Positions 55,355 to 64,000 of a stretch of DNA of 64,000 bases are shown here, piece by piece. Positions within the stretch are counted from its first letter, which is position 1, and each line of letters starts with the position of its first letter. Location of the stretch: assembly GCA_035221665.1 (NCBI GenBank), contig CM069141.1:46996001-47060000 (forward strand), read 5' to 3'. Made by a program: the position numbers and the translations under genes. The notes under the pieces are model-generated. The model searched no databases, was not told the DNA's origin, and saw only the letters and a program-made list of their open reading frames with translations. The stretch is from Okamejei kenojei (lineage: Eukaryota).

Positions 55355-55565
55355 ACAAGTTCTGTTTATCCCACTTTCCTCACCCACTCCATACACATTA
55401 GGGGCACTTTTACAGAGACAAGTTAACCTACACAGCCAATGCATCTTTAGGATGTGGGAGGAAACACAACACGGGGAGAATGTGTAAATTCAACACAGAC
55501 AGTGCCCAAGGAAGGATCGAACACAGATCTCTGGCGTGTGAGGCAGCGTCTACCAGCTGTGCCAC
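55355..55565 (-). mobile_element. tRNA-SINE fragment
   Basis: ggatgtgggaggaaac..acggggagaatgtgtaaa..ggatcgaaac..tgaggcagcgtctaccagctgtgccac. Confidence 0.6.
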
Positions 55566-55714
55566 TATATTTTGTTTTCCAGCACACAAAACAATTATAC
55601 GTTGATAACGTTGGTTACTAACAACATGAAAATATCAATTTTCAGTCTTAAATCTCCAAGTGACGCTATGTCCCCCATTTACAGCTACTGTATGATTTAA
55701 TTAAGTTCAAGACT

Positions 55715-55880
55715 ATGTGGCAGTACATTGACCATAAAGTTGCTGCCTAAAAGTGCCAGAGACCAGCAATTTGATCCTGATCATTTGTGCTGTCTGTACG
55801 GAGTTTGCTCCTTTTCCCTTTGATCGCATGGGTTTTCTCCGGGTGCTCTTGTTTCCTTCCACATTCAAAGGTGTGCATGA
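55715..55880 (+). mobile_element. tRNA-SINE 5' half (3' part at ~56360-56450)
   Basis: gttgctgcct..gccagagacc..gatcctga..gctgtctgtacggagtttg..ggttttctccgggtgctc. Confidence 0.6.
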
Positions 55881-56094
55881 ACCTATTTCAGACCCAACCA
55901 AAACGTAATATTTTCCTTTTGTCCAGAGATTCTGTCTGGCCTGTTGAGTTACTCCAGCTTTTTGTGTCTATTTTCCGTTTAAACCGGCATCTGCATGTTC
56001 CTTCCTACACACACAATACATCCGATAGAACTTTATTAATCCCAGGAGGGAAATTGTGTCGTGTGTATTAGTGAATAGCGTGTGAATAATATTC

Positions 56095-56115
56095 ACACAC
56101 AACACACACAACACG

Positions 56116-56176
<61 letters not shown>
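56095..56176. repeat. (CA)n microsatellite
   Basis: Direct observation. Confidence 0.95.
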
Positions 56177-56614
56177 CATTTATATATTTATATAATCATA
56201 TTATAAATATACACCATTTTTGTTTTCGCATTTATCACAATTATTTAAGAGTACTATGTTTAATATTCTGTTGTGCTGCTGCAAGTAAGGAGATTCATTG
56301 TTCAAACTGGGACATGATAGAATAAAACACTCTTGGGCTTACTCCACTAATGTGGGGATAGAAGTTGTGTGTACGGGCGATCGGTGGTCGGCGTGGACTC
56401 GGTGGGCCAAAGGGCTTGTTTCCATGCTGTATCTTTAAATTAAACTAAAATCAATAAAACAAGAGGGAGGCTAAAGAAGGGTTTCTACCCGAAACGTCAC
56501 CCAATTTCTTCTATCCAGAGTTGCTGGCTGCTCCGTGGAGTTCCCCCTCATAATTAAAGCATGGAATAGTCTTCACTCTAGTTACCCAACCAGACGCAAC
56601 TAAATTTAGGGTAG

Positions 56615-56799
56615 TAAACGAAGAAACTGCAGATGCTGGAGAATCGAGGGTTACACAAAAAGCTGGAGAAACTCAGCGGGTGCAGCAGCATCTAAGAGGC
56701 GAAGGAGATAAGAAGGGTCTCGACCCGAAACGTCGCCTATCTCCTTCGCCTCTTAGATGCTGCTGCACCCGCTGAGTTTCTCCAGCTTTTTGTGTAACC
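56615..56799. mobile_element. Young palindromic Penelope-associated mini-element with ~15 bp target-site duplication
   Basis: 64 bp perfect inverted repeat (56647-56710 / 56738-56801); flanked by ctaaatttagggtag (56600) and ctaaatttaaggtag (56800). Confidence 0.75.
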
Positions 56800-57000
56800 C
56801 TAAATTTAAGGTAGCTCTTTTTCCCCAAGAACCCTTTTTTGCTTAAGTCTAAGCCAAGAGTCAAGAGAGTTTTATTGTCATATGTCCCAGATAGGACAAT
56901 GAAATTCTTGCTTGCTGCAACACAACAGAATATGTAAAACATTGATACAGAACAGGAGATAAAAGTTCAGTGTGTTTATATTTACATAGACCATTATATA

Positions 57001-58029
57001 TAGCAATGTTACAAAATTTTGAGATTTAAAAAATCAAGTCTGCAATTTATCCCATCAGATAAAGCATTAAAAAGAAGTTTAATTTGACACCCAATTCACT
57101 TTCATATCTTCAGTATTAAAAAAGTTATGGCCATTTTAATACTCGGGAAATTAGCATCTTGTTCCCCATTGCCTTTCTATTGACTTACTCAAAAGCTGTG
57201 ATCTAGAACAGTCAAAAGCCCATAACTCTCTTAAAAATTAAGATAACTCAATGAAATGTTCAGTTATTATAGATTGAAGCATCTGAAACAAAAATATATG
57301 AAACAATTCTTACTTGGATGACCTGAAATTAAGCATTAATTAGTTAGTTATCTAATTGTAGCTAATTACAACATTCAATTACATCTAAACATCTATCCAC
57401 TTCTTAAGAAAAGACAAACTTTTTTAAATTGCCTAAATAACATTCACACAATAATCTACAATATAACATGATTTTTAAATCTCATTTTCATGAATTTATA
57501 GGCCAAATGGAAGGAATTTAGTGTTTAATGCCTGTCAATTAATGGCCATTTAAATCAACTTGCGAGTGGGTTTTAGTGGAATGCGCTGGATTGGAACGTT
57601 GCGGTTTGCGCTGAGTTTAACCCACAGTCGGTATGAAAAATACAGCCGGTTCATACATTTTTTTGTCCCCTTTTCGCAACATGAAAATTTGATTAAAATG
57701 CTTCCTAAGAACCACGGTTTTTATGTAAAAATAAACTCTGTACCTTATTTTATCGCATACGTTAGGTCCGTTCTGCTGTCGGCGTTCAGAAGATGATTTT
57801 TAAACTACTCTAGTTAATAAATAATCTAGCGTAGTTTAAAAATAGCTTCATGAATGCAACGTCGGAGCGATTTCTCTTTAGCGACGAAATCGCCCGACAT
57901 GGATCGATTTGGACTGTCTGGGGAAAAACGGCATTTTAAACCCGCCCCCCTCTGAAAGGCGCCAAAGTCACGCACACGGGGAGCGGCAGAACTGCAGCGC
58001 CGCTCAAGGTAGGTATTGTAACATACCTA
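57001..58029. mobile_element. Non-autonomous Academ-like DNA transposon
   Basis: TAG..CTA termini, imperfect TIR tagcaatgttacaa / ttgtaacataccta, and a 3 bp ATA on both sides. TAG ends with a 3-4 bp TSD are Academ hallmarks. Confidence 0.6.
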
Positions 58030-59899
58030 ATATATATATACAATAAAATAAACATATAAAATGCAATAGTCTGATATTGTTCAACCCTCCACCACCTCCA
58101 GTTTAAATTCCATTTAGAATATTTACAGGGAGGACCAGGAAACCAGAAGCAAGAGTTACTGCAGGGAGTTACTCCAGATCCAGGGTCAGGGAGTGATTCA
58201 GCATTGGTTTTCAGCGGTCGCAGCGAGGCAGCGATGGGAGAGCAATGGCGGCCCATATATCCCAAAATTCAAAGCGAGGTAGAAAGTGCCCAGCGCCGAC
58301 TAGTTGCCGTGGCAATGCGTATGGCGCATGGCGGCCGATGATGGCTGGGAGGACAATCTGTGGGTTGTGCGCATGTGCAGGGAGGAGGATTGTGCTGGCC
58401 GTAGCAGTGCCACATGTGCAAGGCAGCCTGCCGTGCCAGAGAGAGAGAGAGAGAGGAGAGAGATAGAGGGGCGTGGCCCGGCCAGAGTTGAATGGAAGGT
58501 GTCCTACCTTGGCCGAAGGCTGCCTAGATTTTGACGCCCTAGGATTCAGCCTATGAAGCTAGTGGTAATCCGGCTCGCGAGCCCCCCCCCCCCCCCCCCC
58601 CCTAGATCTCGAGGCCCTAAACTTAAGCTTGTCAAGCTTATTCGTAAATCCGGCCCTGCCGGGAGACCGTGGGCTTCGCAGTTGTTAAAGTCCACAGGGC
58701 CCGTGAACGGAGCTCTTCTTCTGGCGATCCACGGCTCCACGCTGTTAAGCACGCGCCGCGACTTGAAACTCCGGGCAGGTCTCCAGGAAAGGCCGCGCCA
58801 CTCCACGTTGTCAGGCCGCAAAAGGGACGCGGAGATGCAACATGGAGAAAATCACATCTCCATTGAGGTAAGTGACTGAAAAAAAGTGGGCTTCGGGTAA
58901 CACCTGCATAAAGAGCCTCTGTTAACAAGGGCTGGCAAACTGTGCTGGTTAACTTACACTGGGCGAGATGCACCGCAACCACCGCAAACTTGGAACAGCA
59001 CAGACCCTCCACCCAATCTATCCAATAATGAAGGGCAGTCATTTCGCAGGTAAATGTCTTATATCGGATTGGCGGCTCCTTCACAGGACCAACCCCGTAC
59101 TCAGTTTTCCTCGGAGATGAATCTTTGCCTTAACGGTACATTCACACCACCTGGAATAAGGCATCAGCCCACATCACACTGATACAGTCGCTGCCTGCCT
59201 CAGATTAAATATATTTTTACATATAAATTATGAATAAAGATAATAAAATATTTCAAACACAAGTACTATTTTCTTATTCAGTGGCAAACACATTAAGGAT
59301 TCAATGAAAATAATAAATTCTTTAACTTTTGGAATATCTCACATTTGCAGATTAATGAACTGAACTAGAACTGGGACTGTGGAAGTAGTGTGTGAACAGC
59401 AGAACAAGAAAGGAGGCTGTTGGGTTGACAGAATTCTAGATTACTTCCTTGGTAGAATAGTTCACAATTTATACAGTTTATACAGCGCTGCGTTCGCTTT
59501 TAAAAACAATCCGAATGACTTTGACAAATCTCATAATTCCTTGCGTTTATCAAAAAATACCGAACTCGCTTATTGGAAAGAGAGAAAAATGAAACAGAAT
59601 TTCAAGATAAATACCAATTCAAAAATTCACCAAATTTCCCGCGCTACACCTCACACCAATTTACTATGATTCCCATAATACCCATCGGTGTCTGCTGGAT
59701 TATGTACTTGTGAACCGGCTGCACAACAACAGCAGCCCACCTGACTCGTGCTGTGTCAATAAATTCGGCTTGATTTGGACGTGATGAAACGTTTCTCCAA
59801 GAATCACCCTGCAAACAGGAATATTTGGGCAATTGAAATTGGCCAATCGAAAGCGTTATGTTCGAAAACTCCTTCTCCAATATCAAGAAATGGTTTGAT

Positions 59900-59957
59900 T
59901 ACGGACGTTTGATATCCGGGGAAATTGGTCATTCTATTCCCGAGGAAATGCAACAAG
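59900..59957 (+). pseudogene. Stub of protocadherin gene 9 (start of EC1) interrupted by an LTR
   Basis: atatccggggaaattggtcattctattcccgaggaaatgcaacaag = ISGEIGHSIPEEMQQ versus ISGQIRYSIPEEMEQ in gene 2. Confidence 0.75.
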
Positions 59958-60185
59958 TGAAGAGGTTCGCGTGTTGTACACTCATTTAATATTTAAACAC
60001 ACAGTTTAATATTAGTATAAAAGCGATGGCTGCCATGTGGGATCTAGCTCTGTCGTCTGCAGCACCCCATCACCTGACCACCCAGATTGGTCGGCCCGGA
60101 TCACGCCAGTTCACGCGGGAAACTCTAGCTCGACAAAACAAAGGTTCGAGACCAAAGTGGCGCAAAATCACAAGATGATGCCACA
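59958..60185 (-). repeat. 3' LTR of the Gypsy element
   Basis: TG..CA ends (minus strand TGTGG..TTCA), preceded on the minus strand by a purine-rich PPT (gagggggtca); ATTAAA inside. Confidence 0.65.
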
Positions 60186-61173
60186 TGACCCCCTCAGACC
60201 GGGAGGTGGAGGTCGTTGCGGCTGGTTGAGTTGAGGGCGGGTGTGATCATGATGGTGGACACCCTCTGCGACGGGGTTGTGCCACCTGCTTAGACGGTCC
60301 ACGGAGACAGTCTCCTGTCTGCCACTCATCACTATGATGAAAGCCATGACGTCGTTTTGCAGTACTCTGCAACGTCCCTCGTAATGCTTTTGCAGTGGTG
60401 TAAGGTGGAAATTTCAGCGAAGACGTACTGGCAGTCCTGGAGGTCGGGTGCGACGTACGTGGTTGGGAGACTGTGTCGGGATGTTGGCACTGGAGACAGC
60501 ATGCCCACCTCCTCACATAGGTGCGTCAGCATGGTCATTTGCGTTTATTGATGTCCACGTGCCGCCGGGAGGAAATCCCCTGGGACTGTAAGTTGCCAGG
60601 TCCTCCTTTGGGGCAGTGCATATATCTAGCATGACCCACGGCAATTTGTCCATCCAGTCGTGAGGCATGCCTTCATATGCCGGTGAAAATGTTCGACTAG
60701 GCCATTTGCTTGCGGGTGGCAGACCGTTGTGTGATGCAGCTTAATGCCAAGCAGCCGGACCATTGCTGAACACAACTCGGAGGTGCACTGCGCACCTTTA
60801 TCGGGGATGTCCGCCGTCACGCCAAAGGGGTGATCCATTGGGCGGTGAGGGCACGTGCACCGCTTACATTGTAGGTATCCAAGAGTGGGACATCTTGTGA
60901 ATCTGCCCACGATGGTGAAGAGGCTGGTTGCACCTCTGGATTGGGGCAGTAGTCCAATAATATCGACATAGATGTGCTCAAAACGCCAGTATGTCAGGGC
61001 GAAGTTCTGCAGCGGTGCCTTGATGTGTTGCTGAATATTGGAGGTATGACTGGGGATGCAGGTTTAACTCAGGACCAGTTCCCGACCTGTTTGCGCAACC
61101 CATGCAACATGAACGTGGCTTCCATCAATGCCTTTGTTGTCCGGATGGAAGAGTGAGCTAGGCCATGAACTGT

Positions 61174-61974
61174 AGACAATAGACAATAGACAATAAGTGC
61201 AGGAGTAGGCCATTTGGTCCTTCGAGCCAGCACCGCCTTTCAATGTGATCATGGCTGATCATCCCCAATCAGTACCCTGTTCCTGCCTTCTCCCATATCC
61301 CATGACTCCGCTGTTTTTACGAACCCTCACTAGCTCTCTCTTGAAAGCATCCACAGAACCTGCCTCCACCGCCCTCCGAGGCAGAGAATTCCACAGACTC
61401 ACCACTCTCTGTGAGAAAAAGTGTTTCTCGTCTCTGTTCTAAATTGCTTACTCCTTATTCTTAAACTGTGCCCCCTGGTTCTGGACTCCCACAACATCGG
61501 GAAGATGTTTCCTGCCTCTAGTGTGTCCAAGCCCTTAACAATCTTATAGGTTTCAATAAGATCTCCTCTCATCCTTCTAAACTCCAGAGTATACAAGCCC
61601 AGCTGCTCCATTCTCTCAGCATGTCCCGCCATCCCGAGAATTAATCTTGTAAACCCACGCTGCACTTCCTCAAATTAGCGGCCCAAAACTGCACACAATA
61701 CTCCAGGTGTGGTCTCACTAGGGCTCTGTACAACTGCAGAAGGACCTATTTGCTCCTATATTCGATTCCTCTTGTTATAAAGGCCAACATGCCTATCTTC
61801 ACTCCCTGCTGTACCTGCATGCTTAATTTCATAGACTGATGTACAAGGACCCCCAGATCCCATTGTACGATCCCCCTTTCCCAACTTGACGCCATTTAGA
61901 TAGTAATCTGCCTTCCTGTTTTTGCTACCAAAGTGGATAACCTCACATTCATCCGCATTAAACTTCATTTGCCA
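61174..61974 (-). mobile_element. CR1 3' fragment nested in the Gypsy integrase
   Basis: (agacaat)3 tail; WQMKFNADECEVIHFG and EFRRMRGDLIETYKI motifs. Removing it restores the Gypsy reading ..RPVFNTVHGLAH.. Confidence 0.85.
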
Positions 61975-64000
61975 TGTTGAAAACCGGGCGGCGCCAGGCA
62001 GCGGGGATGATGGGTCTTGACTGTCCCGTGGACACGTTGCAGAGGAGTGTGGTGTGAGCTGGCCCGAATCGCACATCCTCCAATGACAGACCTGAGATGG
62101 CGTTGATGTAGGAGAGCGTCGCTTCATCCTCTCGCTGGTCGACAACTGGGGCCAAAGCGCGAATGGCATTGATGGCGGTGCAGGACAACGCATCTGTGAA
62201 CTGGTTGCTCTTGCCTGCGCTGGGTTGGATGCAAGTCGTGTATTCTGAGATGTGGGTCAGATGGCACTGCTGTCGTGCTGGTTAAGGATCAGACATTTTG
62301 GCAAAGGCAAAGTGAGTACCTTGTGATTAGTGAAAGCTGTGATATCCTTGCCCTTGATGAAGTAGCAGAAATGCCGGGTAGACAGGGAGAGAGCGAGGAG
62401 TTCCCGGCCGAAAGCGCTTATTTCTGCTCGGGGTTTCTCAGGTGACGATTGAAAAAGGTGAGGGGCTGCCAGCTACCATTGATCAGTTCATCCAGCACTC
62501 CGCCCACGGCTGTGCCAGATGTATAGACCGAGAGTGCTGTTGGTGCATTGACCCGTGGATGTACCAGCATCGTTGCCTTTACCAGCGCCTCCTTGGCGTT
62601 GTTGAACGCGGTCGTGGTAGCATTCTCCCAAACGAACTCTTTTGGCTTGTTCGCCAGGGCCTTAAATATCGGTTGCATTAGCCTGGCGGCTGCTGGCACA
62701 AAGCAGTGGTGGAAGTTGACCATGTTGACAAATTTCTCGGAGTCCCTTCACAGTAGAGGGTTTGGCAAAACTTGCGAATGGCTTCGACCTTGGTCAGGAG
62801 CGCCTCCGCTCGGTACTGGTTGATGTGGTGGCCGAGGTAGTTGATAGAAGTGAGGCCAAACTGATACTTGGCAAGGTTGATGGCCAGACCATGCTCGTTG
62901 AGCCTCTCGCTCAGCTGCCAGTGGTGTGTATGTTTTTTCCTGGGATAGTGCGTCTCTGGCGACAAGGATGTCGTCGAGATTGATGAACACGGAGTCCAAT
63001 CTGTGGCCCACCGGGTCCATGAGCCGTTGGAAAGCTTGGGCGGCATTCATGAGGCTGAAAGGCATGTGCAGGAACTCAAAGAGCCCGAAACGGGTGATGA
63101 GGACCATCTTCCGGATGTCGTCTGGGTGGACCGGAATCTGATAGTAACTGCGTATCAGTTGGATCTTGTAAAACACCTTGGCACTGTACAGGTTTGCCGT
63201 GGTCCTGAATCTGAGGGGCAGGATACCGATCGGCTGTTGTGATCTCCAGCCTCCAGACGCTTTGGGGACCATGTGAAGCGGGTATGCCCACGGGCTGTCT
63301 GAGTGGCGCACTATGCCCATTACCTCCGTCTTGCAGAACTCATTTTTGGCCAGTTGGAGCTTGTCAGGGGCAGCCTGCGTGTGCGTGCATGGAGTGGCGG
63401 TCCGGTGGTGGGGATATGGTGCTTCACCCCATGCTTCACCCCATGCTTGGGGCTGGCCGTTGTGAACTGGGGAGTTATGATGTCAGGGAAATCGTCCAAT
63501 ATTCTGGCGTACTAGTTGTCAGAGAAGGTCACTGAGCCACCGAGACGTCTCAGAATTAAAGCGACATTGTCCTTCACGTCGACCAGCAGGGTGTGCACCC
63601 AGAGGAATTCGCTGCCCAGCAGCGGTTGTGAGACCAGCGATGGTAAAGGTGCACTTGAAGCGTCAAGAGCGGGATGGTGCTGAACCCGTTTATTCTGATG
63701 TTGCTGCTGTTGGCGGCAGTCAGGGTAGGCCCCTTGTTTCCGGAACAAGAACCTCCGCTCCCGTGTCAATGAGAAAACGCTGCCCCGAATGAAGATCCCA
63801 TGTGTAGAGGAGGCAATCTTTTTGGCCGGCTGCAGTTGCTTTTACCAACGGCCGGTTGAGGCGTTTCACAGAAGCGTGCAGGGTGGTCGGCATCAGCGGG
63901 CCTCCAAGCCCCACCTTTGGTGGTAGTAGCACCTCTTGTCCTAGCTGGCGCCATTCGTGGCCGACGTCATTGTCACTCCTTCCGTGGAGGCTGGGACCGC

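Larger units (their letters stand above)
52250..59572 (-). mobile_element. 7.3 kb TIR DNA element of the same family as 10551-11848, opposite orientation, with nested repeats
   Basis: Left end taagcgggttcggtatt; right end aataccgaactcgctta. Subterminal 60-90 bp match the opposite ends of the 1.3 kb element. The joined flanks (gattaat..aaattgc..aa|ttggaaag..aatgaaacag) restore the paralogous spacer seen at ~20897-20975 and ~26525-26610. Confidence 0.8.
59958..64000 (-). mobile_element. Ty3/Gypsy LTR retrotransposon (degenerate PR-RT-RH-IN), runs off the window
   Basis: FLIDTGAEV (protease); SPWAYPLHMVPK..MPFSLMNAAQAFQRLM..NLDDILV (RT); TSGTAVGGVL..WQPLTFF (RNase H); HPQANGLVEHFHR (integrase). 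The domain order is Gypsy-type. Confidence 0.92.

Noticed and set aside
56250-56945. Inverted pair 56250-56335 / 56855-56945 as TIRs of one element
   Set aside because: Both look like 3' tails (AATAAA plus short repeat) of a common LINE-derived repeat inserted independently in opposite orientations; no TSD seen.

Overview
Vertebrate (very probably cartilaginous fish, skate/ray-like, judged from HE1-type SINEs and CR1/HER1 3' ends) clustered protocadherin locus. Eight tandem, plus-strand, intronless Pcdh genes (~2.4 kb: signal peptide, six cadherin repeats, TM, short tail) each sit behind a copy of the CGCT-core conserved sequence element (CSE/CTCF site). A ninth, promoter-less stub is cut by a Gypsy LTR retrotransposon at the right end. 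The genes end in their own stop codon, and genes 1-5 carry a conserved downstream AATAAA, which looks like a constant-exon-independent (beta-like) architecture. Indel density rises from left to right and long G/C homopolymers interrupt otherwise colinear paralogs, so this is probably under-polished long-read sequence and most frameshifts cannot be trusted as real. The spacers hold CR1, Rex/Babar, Penelope (with minimal hammerhead motifs), tRNA-SINE and Academ-like elements. The most unusual signal is a family of TIR elements (TIR YAAGCGRGTTCGGTATT, inserted at AA|TT with no target-site duplication). It is present twice in opposite orientations with shared ends but unrelated interiors: a 1.3 kb copy carrying a captured ZFP36/TIS11-family zinc-finger gene fragment, and a 7.3 kb copy with different cargo. 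All coordinates were read by eye and repeat boundaries are approximate.
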